DNA of 64,000 nucleotides from Strigamia acuminata (taxonomy: Eukaryota). The notes under the pieces were generated by a model that was given only the letters and a program-made list of their open reading frames with translations, was not told the DNA's origin and did not search any database. How positions within the stretch are numbered: position 1 is the first letter of the stretch; each line of letters begins with the position of its first letter. Positions 54,363 through 64,000 of the stretch are shown piece by piece. The stretch covers positions 12,710,001-12,774,000 of the forward strand of contig OX442314.1 in the NCBI GenBank assembly GCA_949358305.1, in the 5' to 3' direction. The position numbers and the translations under genes were made by a program.

Positions 54363-54450
54363 AAATTATGTTCAAAGTCAGAATATGGATCTTGTCCTTA
54401 AACAGAACGTGACCTTACAGAAGACCTTGAAGAAGACGACGCAGGTTAAA
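54363..54450 (+). pseudogene. Tiny C-terminal remnant of a BC-box/LRR paralogue
   Basis: NYVQSQNMDLVL...EDLEEDD-like sequence resembling the end of paralogue 4. Confidence 0.6.
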
Positions 54451-54674
54451 AAATCCACGTAAATCACAATTCAAAAAATAAAATTGATGTGCATCGTTCA
54501 TTAAATTACTTTTTCTTATCTATTTATTCTCTATATTATCTCAATACAACCGAAGGAATAAATTATTTCCATAACATCCGAGTCATTCAAACCTAATCAA
54601 CTAACGATTTCCCCAGTTTGACTCCTTTTTTCAGCAAGTGTAAATATTACACCTTACACGTGTCACGATACACC

Positions 54675-57600
54675 TGTGAAGTATTGCATATCACATTACA
54701 CTTGGGATTTAAGTATAACATTCTAACTTGTGGCTTAATGAAGCCCAAGCGGAAACAAGGTTACTCGAACGAATTTTGAGTCAAGACTGATTTATTGTGT
54801 CTAGAATATGTGTCGTCAAGTTTGTGTTGCTAGGTTGAACCCTAGCAACTCAAGAATCAAAGTATTGTTTTAATTAGAGTAACAATTGGTATACTAAATA
54901 ATTGAGATTCAAAATCGAGACATAACTGAATACATAACACCCTTCCCCCCTCATTTTGGAACATAATCCTTGAGATGTTTCGGTTGGTTCTTGAGCCTGT
55001 CTGATCTGCGAACGGGCGTGGCCGCTGGTGGAAGGCGGGCCTGAGCAACAGGAGTCTGAGAGCTTCGTTGGAGCTCAACCAAGCGCTGGGTTAGCACGGC
55101 CGGGTCGAGCTGATAAGCTGGTCTAGGAGTCTGGCGATCGGCAACGTGAGCTGATACAGTGGCCGTGCGATATACTGGCTCCATAGATGCTGACGGTTGA
55201 TTTCCGGTCATAGGTGGTGACCTAATAGCAGATGACGATGATGGCTGCAATGGTAATGGTGATAACAATGGTTGATGAGGCGAATTGAGTGAAGTTGTAT
55301 TGGGAGAAGGGTCGAACATAGCCGGTGAATACATAGGCGCGCTGCCCTCCGACGTATGAGGTGATGTGAACGCGGATGATGATGATGAAGAAGAAGAACC
55401 CGAGTCAGTTCCCCATTCTGCAAGCAAGTTTGCTCGCGCTGCGAAATCCAAAATTGGATTAAAATGGGGTGGTGAAGGTTGAACCAGGGCCGATGCCGCT
55501 GGGGATGTCTGTGGGATAAGGGGCACGGCAGCTGCCGGGGCAAGACTGGCCGGAGGGCCTGGTGTTTCCCCCCGAAATTTTCGTAGATGATTCAAATGCC
55601 GGACGATTAGATTACCGGCATCTGTACGAATTTCGTAAACCAGTGTGCCACGCACGGCGACAACCGAGCCCCTGGCCCATTTAGGGGCTTGCGCGAGAAA
55701 TACGCGATACCAAACTGGTTCACCTAAACGCAAACGCAAAGCAGAAGGCAGAGCGACGCCAACTGGGTCGGGCTCTCTGGGAAAAACCCAGGTTTGGACC
55801 AATTGGTGCCAAACGTCAGCTATTTGACGGTTAAAAAGGCGGACGGATGGGGAAATTCCATCGACACCAGAAGGCGTGGCGTGCTGCGTAAGCAAGATGC
55901 GGGGAATGACTAGGTCCCATGCTGTAGATGAAGCTCGTGCTAGCTGCTCCTTGGTCCATCTAACAGCTTTTTCAGCTCGGCCGTTAGACTGTGGGCTGTA
56001 AGGAGGTGAAAACAGGTGTGTGATGTGATTAGCTCGAGTAAATTCGCCCATCTCGCTGGAGCTGAATTGAGGGCCATTGTCGGTGACCAGGACCCGGGGC
56101 AGACCATGCGTGGCAAAAAGACGCCTAAATACTGTAATGATTGCCGCGGATATAGTAGTCCGCATGGCTGCAACCTCAATCCACGCAGAAAACGCGTCGA
56201 CAACTACTAAAAACATGGTGCTGTGGAGAGGTCCGGCCAGGTCTGCATGGATTCGGACCCAAGGGCCGTCGGGAACTGGCCAGGGCACTAAGGGAGCCCG
56301 TGGAGACAAGGGGCGCGTTTGCTGACAAGGATTACATTGCGCCACAAACTGCTCAATGTCACGGGACATCCCTGGCCACCAGACAAATGGTCTGGCCCGG
56401 CGCTTCATTGCGACAATTCCAACATGATGGAAATGCAAAGATTGCAGCAAATCCGGGACCAGAGACTGAGGCAATACCACACGATCATGCACCAACAAAA
56501 GCCGGTGTGCAGAAGACATCACACGCCTGCGCTGCCAGTAAGATGATGGAACAGCTACAGGGCGTAACGCGGGCCACGATGCAGCTATGTATGCTGCTAA
56601 GACCTGAAGGAGGGGGTCGGCTAACGTTGCCTGAACCAAGCGCTCCCTGGAAATGAATGTAGAATGAGACGTGGACAGGCTTCGAATGTCCGCCGGGTAT
56701 GCAGCGTCTGACTCAACCCCGAGCGCATCCGGATCAGAAAGAGGCAAACGGCTCAGGGCATCCGCCTCCCTCAAGTGAGTGCCGGGCCTGTGAAATAAGT
56801 CATAATGGTAAGTGCTTAACAACAAGGCCCACCTCAACAGTCTAGGGCTGATGATGTTTGGGATGGGCTTGTTTGGTCCCAGTATCCCGAGGAGGGGTTT
56901 GTGGTCGGTATAAATAGAAACAAAAGTGCCAGCCAAATGGCTATGGAACTTCTTCAAACCGAACACAATGGCCGCTGCCTCCTTGTCCAGCTGAGCATAG
57001 TTCTGCTCAGCCGACGACAAGGTACGTGAGGCATAGGCAACAGGACGCTCGGAGCCATCACTCATTTTGTGTGCCAACACAGCACCTAAGCCATATGGCG
57101 AAGCATCGCAGATTAGCAACAAAGGCTTCTGTAAATCATAATACGTGAGGACTTCCGGCGACGCCAAGATCTTTTTTAGTTGTTGAAAGGCGGCCTGCTG
57201 CGTGGGACCCCACACCCACTCCGCTTCCCTCTGCAGAAGAGCGTAGAGGGGAGCGGATAGGTGCGCCATCCTCGGGACATATGAAGCATAATATACCACC
57301 ATGCCAAGAAAGGACTTGAGTGTCGTGACGGTCGTTGGGGCTGGACAGTCCAAGACTGCCTGCACCTTAGACATTGCAGGAGCTATGCCATGTTGTGTTA
57401 ATGAATGGCCCAGGTACTGAACACTAGTCCTAACCAACTGACACTTGTCACGTGAGACCCTCAAGCCCTTGTTGGCAAGTCGATCGAAAACTAAAACCAT
57501 GGTGTAAAAATGTGATTCAAGGGTCGGGGTTGCAATTAATATGTCGTCCTGATATACTAGAACACCGGGCAGACCACGAAATATGCCGTCCACGATGCGT

Positions 57601-60600
57601 TGGAAAATGCCGGAGGAGGGCGCAGTGCCAAATGGCAAACGTGTAACGGCCATGAGACCCCTATGAGTATTGACCGCCACTAATAAAGATGATCGGGCGG
57701 TCAAAGGGATCTGCTGATACGCCTGCCTCAGGTCCAAGAGCGTGAAGTACATCGCATTGGCCAGCCCGGCAAGGAGGTCGGCAACCAATGGTAGAGGGTA
57801 GGGGTCAGGGAGAATGAACCGATTGACAGTTGCTCTGTAATCTCCACACAACCGCAAACCCCCATTGGCCTTGGTGACAACGACCAATGGGGTGGCCCAC
57901 TCAGAATATTGGATGGGCCGAAAAACCCCCTGGCTAATCAACTGGTCAATAGCCACATCTACCAAGGGTCGCTTCGCATGCGGAATGGGTCGTGGGCGAA
58001 AGAACACTGGGCGCGTGCCCGGTTGAACATGCAAATCAACGGGAGGCCCCGTGTAAGTCCCAATGCCGGGCTGGAAAACAATTGCATAGTTCTTATGAAT
58101 GTACCTCACAATTGACTCGGGGGATTGAGGCGGCGGAGGCAAATCCAAGTTGGATGTTTGAAAAATGTTGGCATGATCAAAGTGCGGTGAAGTGCTGAAA
58201 CTGTGATTCGAAGGCGAGGTTAAATGAAGTGAGGTTGACAATGAAACCTCGCCCTCGTTATGAATTAGTGAATTAATGCACAATGCCTCGTCCACGGCAT
58301 ACGCCAAACCCGGGATTAACCCAAAACGTGCGATAGAGTCGCGTCCCATAATTGGTGGACCAGGGCTCCGAGTGACCACCACGGGCATCCGGTGAGTGGT
58401 GGCATGGACGGTGACCGAAACCAAAACTACACCCAATAACTCAATCAACGCATGAGGGTAGGCAAATAAATTAATGGCGGCAGGGTACCGCCTTACCACC
58501 TGACCAGACTGTTGTTCAATGGCGGTCAAGACATCGGATCCCACGACGGTGTACTCGGAGCCTGTGTCCAACTGAAAATGAACAAAAACATGGTTAATAT
58601 GAGCCTCAACCATGATGGGTGGGAGCAGACACTTATCGCTCTTGAGATAGTATAGTGGGTAATCCATGCTTAAATTCGATTCATTAACAAACCCTTGATT
58701 GGCATTGGCATTATTCATGTGAGATGAAGGTGAAAGGTTTAATGGCTGCATATTGGGTTGTTGACCGCCAAGAATGCCAGAGACTGGTGTAGGCACAGCA
58801 GCTTGACCACCGGGTGGATGATAAGAGTCGGGTGGAACGTTGGCTGTCCATTGGTAATCCGACATTGGCTGTGTGGCCACAAAGTTCATCGGAGAGGTCG
58901 ACTGACGAAAACGAGGAGAGGGTCGCTGAGAAAAGGTCCCCGCTGGTTGGGGAGAGGATGACCCCGGGCCAAATTGGGTGGCTCGAAGAACATTCTGAGG
59001 CGAAGGTTGACCGTTCCTACATACAGCGGCGATGTGTCCTGTGCGACCACATGTGCGACAGACAGCAGCCTGGAAAGGGCAGACTGCTCGGGAGTGGGCT
59101 TGGCCGCAACCGTTGCACATAAACCTTGAACCCGAAGATGAGCCAACGTTAAACCTCTGGAAAGATTGACCAGACTGTCCAAGTCTCCCCGGTGGTCTTG
59201 CTACTTGCGCGGTCAGAGTGGCGCCTGGCATACGAGCGCCGTCCCATGGTCCCCGCTGTTGGGATCTGCCAGCAGATTTGGCAAAAGGCAACCTGGGCTT
59301 AGGGGAGAATCGGTTAGAAGATGTACCGCTCTGCAGCTGGAAAAGAGCCGCTTGGGGGGCTTGGATGGTGGAAATCTGCTGCATGGGCATTACGGTGGAG
59401 GACCTATAGATGGCGTTGCCCTGGGTGGCGGCTTGAAAGCCGATGGCCATAGATGAGGCTTTGTCTAGAGTAAGATTCTCCTCCCCAAGCAACTTCTGCC
59501 GCAGTGGTTCAATTCCAACTCCCCTGATGAGTTGGTCAAGCACAAGTTGCTCTATTTGCTCGGTCGTGGTCGCTCCCGTCCGTTCTGCGAGACCCCGGAG
59601 AGCAGCGATGTAGTTGGACATGGTCTCCTCCGGGGCACGCAGACGTGAGCCCAACAAATGCCGCTGGACAACCGGGCGAGGTGCGGGGGTGAAGTGCTCC
59701 TCAAGTTTCGTAGTGATGTCCACAAAGGTTTGTTTATTCAACTTCTTGGGGGCAAACAGATTGTGGGCCAGTTGATACGTGGCAGGGCCCACGACAGACA
59801 AGAGAAACGCACGCTTTTTGTCGGCTGGAATGGCATTCAGAGTCACCAACTCCTCAAAGTGCTCGAGATATAACGACCAGTCCTCAGCAGTGGAACCCAA
59901 AAAAGGGACTGGAGTGCCTAAGAGCGCAGGTGGAATGGCAGATGCAGGTGGATCGGCCATTGGTGGTAATAAGACTGGAAGAATTAATTCTTTGTTGTCC
60001 ACTAAATCTGCAAGCATACGTTATTGTATTTCACACTGCATGAATGCAGGATAACGGTGGGTGCGACACGCCGAGCAAAAGGTTGGCCTAACCGACGCAC
60101 GCTGGAACGACGCACGCGTAGTCAACGCACACTTGATCAATGCACTGTTGATCGACGCACCTGGCATCGCAAATCGTGTCGGCATGCAACATTGTGTTGA
60201 TTTGACACACACGTGGTAGGCGCTTATCGTTCGTGTCATGTCCAAACCAACCATATGAAGGAAAAGTTCACAAAAACTGTACTTAAATTGCTAAGCAAAA
60301 TGTCTTATCTGGATTTAGAAGAACGAGAATGTCCAAGGAGTAGTCTGGATCAAGCAAAGCCTTGCGAAACATTTGCCCTCATGTGGCATGAGTTCTGCAC
60401 TCGAATCCGTATGTCTGCCGTTCGTCCAACGTTCGAAAACGCACAGTCGACGTCCGTCCGGGGCTCGAAAACGTCTGGCCGACGCTCGTTCGGCATTCGA
60501 AAATGTATGGTCGATGCTCCACACGAACACGGCTGTGCACTCGTAAAAATTTCGCAATTACTTGTTCCAGTGATGTGTCCTTGTTATCCATTTGATGCGG

Positions 60601-61061
60601 CTTGTTGCATGTCATTACTTGTTAATCCAGTTGATGAAGTGATTCAGAAGATGTAACCACAGTCGAACACATATTAAAAGATTCAAACATAAACTTGAAA
60701 TTCGATTTAAGACAACGCGGAAATTTCTTATCTGTAAGTTTTGTCCGTTTCAAAACATTGTAAAATGAAGATCTAAATCACTGTTCACGACGCCAATGTG
60801 AAGTATTGCATATCACATTACACTTGGGATTTAAGTATAACATTCTAACTTGTGGCTTAATGAAGCCCAAGCGGAAACAAGGTTACTCGAACGAATTTTG
60901 AGTCAAGACTGATTTATTGTGTCTAGAATATGTGTCGTCAAGTTTGTGTTGCTAGGTTGAACCCTAGCAACTCAAGAATCAAAGTATTGTTTTAATTAGA
61001 GTAACAATTGGTATACTAAATAATTGAGATTCAAAATCGAGACATAACTGAATACATAACA
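54675..61061 (-). mobile_element. Full-length Mag-like Ty3/gypsy retrotransposon C
   Basis: 265-bp LTRs at 54675-54939 and 60797-61061 with no differences spotted, 5-bp TSD ACACC, PBS TGGCGTCGTGAACAG (minus, 60795-60781), PPT GGGGGGAAGGG (54950-54940), single intact ORF. Confidence 0.96.
54951..60017 (-). CDS. Single-ORF Gag-Pol polyprotein of element C (1688 aa)
   Basis: Gag with two Cys/His knuckles (CNGCGQAHSRAVC; CRTCGRTGHIAAVC), QLDTGS protease, YQDD RT, CDASPYG RNase H, HADLAGP / TDNGPQF / SNGRAE integrase. Confidence 0.95.
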   Translation of the reverse strand: MLADLVDNKELILPVLLPPMADPPASAIPPALLGTPVPFLGSTAEDWSLYLEHFEELVTLNAIPADKKRAFLLSVVGPATYQLAHNLFAPKKLNKQTFVDITTKLEEHFTPAPRPVVQRHLLGSRLRAPEETMSNYIAALRGLAERTGATTTEQIEQLVLDQLIRGVGIEPLRQKLLGEENLTLDKASSMAIGFQAATQGNAIYRSSTVMPMQQISTIQAPQAALFQLQSGTSSNRFSPKPRLPFAKSAGRSQQRGPWDGARMPGATLTAQVARPPGRLGQSGQSFQRFNVGSSSGSRFMCNGCGQAHSRAVCPFQAAVCRTCGRTGHIAAVCRNGQPSPQNVLRATQFGPGSSSPQPAGTFSQRPSPRFRQSTSPMNFVATQPMSDYQWTANVPPDSYHPPGGQAAVPTPVSGILGGQQPNMQPLNLSPSSHMNNANANQGFVNESNLSMDYPLYYLKSDKCLLPPIMVEAHINHVFVHFQLDTGSEYTVVGSDVLTAIEQQSGQVVRRYPAAINLFAYPHALIELLGVVLVSVTVHATTHRMPVVVTRSPGPPIMGRDSIARFGLIPGLAYAVDEALCINSLIHNEGEVSLSTSLHLTSPSNHSFSTSPHFDHANIFQTSNLDLPPPPQSPESIVRYIHKNYAIVFQPGIGTYTGPPVDLHVQPGTRPVFFRPRPIPHAKRPLVDVAIDQLISQGVFRPIQYSEWATPLVVVTKANGGLRLCGDYRATVNRFILPDPYPLPLVADLLAGLANAMYFTLLDLRQAYQQIPLTARSSLLVAVNTHRGLMAVTRLPFGTAPSSGIFQRIVDGIFRGLPGVLVYQDDILIATPTLESHFYTMVLVFDRLANKGLRVSRDKCQLVRTSVQYLGHSLTQHGIAPAMSKVQAVLDCPAPTTVTTLKSFLGMVVYYASYVPRMAHLSAPLYALLQREAEWVWGPTQQAAFQQLKKILASPEVLTYYDLQKPLLLICDASPYGLGAVLAHKMSDGSERPVAYASRTLSSAEQNYAQLDKEAAAIVFGLKKFHSHLAGTFVSIYTDHKPLLGILGPNKPIPNIISPRLLRWALLLSTYHYDLFHRPGTHLREADALSRLPLSDPDALGVESDAAYPADIRSLSTSHSTFISRERLVQATLADPLLQVLAAYIAASWPALRPVAVPSSYWQRRRVMSSAHRLLLVHDRVVLPQSLVPDLLQSLHFHHVGIVAMKRRARPFVWWPGMSRDIEQFVAQCNPCQQTRPLSPRAPLVPWPVPDGPWVRIHADLAGPLHSTMFLVVVDAFSAWIEVAAMRTTISAAIITVFRRLFATHGLPRVLVTDNGPQFSSSEMGEFTRANHITHLFSPPYSPQSNGRAEKAVRWTKEQLARASSTAWDLVIPRILLTQHATPSGVDGISPSVRLFNRQIADVWHQLVQTWVFPREPDPVGVALPSALRLRLGEPVWYRVFLAQAPKWARGSVVAVRGTLVYEIRTDAGNLIVRHLNHLRKFRGETPGPPASLAPAAAVPLIPQTSPAASALVQPSPPHFNPILDFAARANLLAEWGTDSGSSSSSSSSAFTSPHTSEGSAPMYSPAMFDPSPNTTSLNSPHQPLLSPLPLQPSSSSAIRSPPMTGNQPSASMEPVYRTATVSAHVADRQTPRPAYQLDPAVLTQRLVELQRSSQTPVAQARLPPAATPVRRSDRLKNQPKHLKDYVPK

Positions 61062-61251
61062 ACACCTTTGAGTGTAAACTTACTCATAAAGGCGTAAATT
61101 TGAAAGAATGTAAGTTTTTTTGTCCACAACTGTACTACAACGTTTGGCAAACGTTTATCAATTTTCACGTCTACTGGTTCTATTTATATAAGCGATGGTT
61201 CAGTTTCAATTTCACTAAACTGTAGCTGTTCTACTGACCTGATATCACGAC

Positions 61252-62574
61252 ATGCCTAATAAGAAATCGGCATCGAGTTTGAAAGAATTGTGTTTGCAAT
61301 CAATCTTTGCACATTACCACGAGATACGACATCATCTTATTCATTTTCCCATCGTATTGGTTAATAAGATATATCAACACTTTGTTGAATTTCAGGTTCA
61401 AAGATTCGGAATGTTTGCTATACTTCATAAAAGAAAACAGTTTCGTTTGCATTCGGATGATTTTATTCGCCCAGGCACGAGATTGTTACGCTGTTTGGAC
61501 CGGTTTTACGATCTGCCTACGAACAAACTAGTAGATAAAATAATCCTCGTTTGTAAAAACCTGGCTGATCTAGACTTATCAGGCTACCCGATTCCACCCG
61601 AATTTGTAATTACATTGGTACAACATTTACCCAGCATTCGACGTCTTAACTTGGAAAGAGTCAATGGCATCACGGACTTGATTTTAGCCAAGATGTATAC
61701 GAGAAACGTGCAAATTGAATATTTAAACATTCGCGCTACCAAAGTTACAGTAAATGGATGTTTACAACTCGTAAAAAATCTGCCACTTCTAAAAGAATTA
61801 AATGTTGATCACCAGATGTGGGGAGAATTATTTCAACTCCTAAAACAAGATTTTTATCGCAGCAAACATACATATTCTCTCGAAAGTGTAGGTTTAGATG
61901 AGTGGACAGTTGACGATCCCAGCGTAGTCCCACAAATGTTTCCAAATTTACGTAAAATTGATATTGCGATAATTCAACCCGGGAAGCATTTCGATGTTAT
62001 AGTTGCATCGATACTATGCAAAACAATGGGAAAAATAACTATGCTAAGATTGTACAATATTAGTCAAATCAATATTTGGCAAATTGGCTTTTACTGCCCA
62101 ATGTTGGAAAGTTTACAATTGAATAATTGTTCCATCAGCGCCGATACAACTAATTGTGACAATTTAGAACACGTCAACAATCATCAGCCATTCAGAAATC
62201 TACGTACACTACAAATTCTTGAACGACAGATGAATCAACCAGATGTACTAACCATAACCAAACATATTTTGCAAATGTTGTTGGTAAATTCCATCAATTT
62301 AAAGAGCCTACGTGTTAGTAGAATTCAACCTTTTTCGGATAGCTTCATTACAGAGCTCATCGAATTAAATTTACTGCAAAATCTCAGTGAGCTTTTCATT
62401 ACCGAGTGTCACTCGATTAGTTCTGAAACAGTTTTAAAATTGCTTGCTACGAAAAATCCCCTAAATGTTTTCTATATTATTCATTGCCGTAATATCGACA
62501 AACCAGCTTGTGACATAATTAGAAATTATGTTCAAAGTCAGAATTTGGATCTTGAGCTTACGATGGGTGTGTGA
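61252..62574 (+). CDS. BC-box/LRR family paralogue 7 (440 aa)
   Basis: SSLKELCLQSI...FPIVLVNKIY + LRRs; intronless. Confidence 0.85.
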   Translation: MPNKKSASSLKELCLQSIFAHYHEIRHHLIHFPIVLVNKIYQHFVEFQVQRFGMFAILHKRKQFRLHSDDFIRPGTRLLRCLDRFYDLPTNKLVDKIILVCKNLADLDLSGYPIPPEFVITLVQHLPSIRRLNLERVNGITDLILAKMYTRNVQIEYLNIRATKVTVNGCLQLVKNLPLLKELNVDHQMWGELFQLLKQDFYRSKHTYSLESVGLDEWTVDDPSVVPQMFPNLRKIDIAIIQPGKHFDVIVASILCKTMGKITMLRLYNISQINIWQIGFYCPMLESLQLNNCSISADTTNCDNLEHVNNHQPFRNLRTLQILERQMNQPDVLTITKHILQMLLVNSINLKSLRVSRIQPFSDSFITELIELNLLQNLSELFITECHSISSETVLKLLATKNPLNVFYIIHCRNIDKPACDIIRNYVQSQNLDLELTMGV

Positions 62575-62859
62575 ATTACCTCTTAAAGCAATTACCGGTA
62601 CTATAATATCCAAAAGAATAAATAAAGTAAATTTATCTCGTTTAGATCAATTAAGCAAACTTTAAGAATTTATTTCATTTTTCACAAGTGTTACTAATTC
62701 TGCATTGTTTTATCACATCTTCTTTCAAACAATTGAACAGGGGTCCATAAAATCTCTCGATAATTTGAAAACTTTATTAAAATTACTAAAAAATAATCAG
62801 ATATTTTTGAAACTTGTACATAACATAACATAACGTAACGTATTTACCGCTTTCATCTG

Positions 62860-63200
62860 TGTAACCTACGTCAACAATGTGTTGATAGATATTATTAACC
62901 AATACGATTGGAAAATTAGTAAGATCGCGGCTTATTTCGTTGTAATGGTTGATCTGAGTAAAGATGATTAAAATCAAGACAGTCAAGATGGTCAAGAATA
63001 AAAATATAAAGAATCAAGATCTTGATCTGTATTTTTATCTGTATCCAACTCGCGTAGGCTCGATACATTTAAGCACAGATTCACTGAACTGTAATCATTC
63101 CACTGACCATCTGGTATCACAACACGCCCAAAGTAACACCTACACGCAAGGTCCTGGCACCAGTAGAAGAGATTTTTTAGATCAAGGGGCATCCAACTAA
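62860..63200. pseudogene. Rearranged remnants of LRR paralogues
   Basis: Minus ~62860-62950 encodes HYNEISRDLTNFPIVLVNNIYQHIVD; ~62960-63190 is an inverted homologue of ~36650-36990. Confidence 0.65.
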
Positions 63201-63340
63201 AATTCGAACACTCCAATCAAATTTTTTAAATTTATTACGGTACATTACAACGTTTGCTAAACGTTACAAATTGTCACGTATATACGGTAGTTTGCCTTCA
63301 TTTAAACTATGGTTCACTGAGCTGTAACCATTCCCACGAC

Positions 63341-64000
63341 ATGCCGTTTAAGAAATCCGCATCGAGTTTGGAAGAATTGTGTTTGAAATCAATCTTAGCA
63401 CATTACCACGAGATACGCCATGATCTTATTCATTTTCCTATCGTATTGGTTAACAATATACACCAACACTTTGTTGAAAGTACGGTAGAAAGAAGCGGAG
63501 CGTGGGATACATCTCATAAAGGAAAAAATTATCGTTTGCATTCGGATGATTTTATTCGTCCAGGCACAAGATCGTTAAGCTGTTTGTACTGGTTTTACGA
63601 TCTGCCTGCGCACAAACTTGTAGATAAAATAACCCGCGTTTGTAAAAACCTGTCAGATGTAGACTTATCAGGTAATGCGATTCCACCCAAATTTGTAATT
63701 ACATTAGTACAACATTTACCCAGCATTCGACGTCTTCACTTGGGTCCAACCACTGGGATCACAGATTTGATTTCAGCCAAGATGTTTACGAGAAACGTGA
63801 AAATTGAATATTTAAACATTTGCGCTACCGACGTTACAGTAAATGGATGTTTACAACTCGTAAAAAATCTGCCACTTCTAAAAAAAATAATTGTTGATCA
63901 CCAGATGTGGGGAAAATTATTTCGACTCCTAAAACAAGATTTTTATCGCAGCAAAAAGTTGAATACATATTCTCTCGAAAGTTTAAGTTTCGATGATTGG
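63341..64000 (+). CDS. BC-box/LRR family paralogue 8, partial (runs off the window end; absent from the ORF track)
   Basis: Manual translation from ATG 63341: MPFKKSASSLEELCLKSILAHYHEIRHDLIHFPIVLVNNIHQHF...RLHSDDFIRPGT...; appears open to 64000. Confidence 0.82.
   Translation, partial: MPFKKSASSLEELCLKSILAHYHEIRHDLIHFPIVLVNNIHQHFVESTVERSGAWDTSHKGKNYRLHSDDFIRPGTRSLSCLYWFYDLPAHKLVDKITRVCKNLSDVDLSGNAIPPKFVITLVQHLPSIRRLHLGPTTGITDLISAKMFTRNVKIEYLNICATDVTVNGCLQLVKNLPLLKKIIVDHQMWGKLFRLLKQDFYRSKKLNTYSLESLSFDDW

Noticed and set aside
60213..60656. 147-aa ORF in the leader of element C
   Set aside because: Antisense to the element, non-ATG start and no motifs; likely chance.

Overview
This is eukaryotic, AT-rich DNA that looks invertebrate and probably arthropod (inferred from the TE types; the host cannot be identified). 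It has two interleaved components. (1) A tandem cluster of intronless paralogues of about 430-510 aa spans ~17.7-64 kb. There are 6 complete ORFs, 1 running off the window end, and at least 7 pseudogenes or fragments. Each has an N-terminal BC-box/Cul2-box-like motif (SLEExCLxxI...FPxxLVNxIY) followed by leucine-rich repeats whose exposed beta-strand residues are hypervariable. This is the architecture of a rapidly diversifying family of putative Cullin-2/Elongin-BC ubiquitin-ligase substrate receptors. (2) A dense set of mobile elements, many apparently young: two large related Ty3/gypsy retrotransposons, a Mag-like gypsy element, a deleted copia element, an APE-RT LINE plus a 3' fragment, several MITEs and a DINE-1/HINE-like element. 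Both large gypsy elements use A_AAA_AAC -1 frameshift signals. Both also carry a long, intact, GC-rich third ORF that is not env-like, sits directly behind a splice-acceptor-like CAG|ATG and ends in KKD-stop. A scrambled region at ~11.7-17.6 kb holds host gene fragments (RNF216-like RBR ligase, an FHA domain, cytoplasmic dynein heavy chain). The two best leads are the retrotransposon ORF3 cargo module and the diversifying BC-box-LRR cluster. All family assignments come from motif recognition by eye; no database searches were run.
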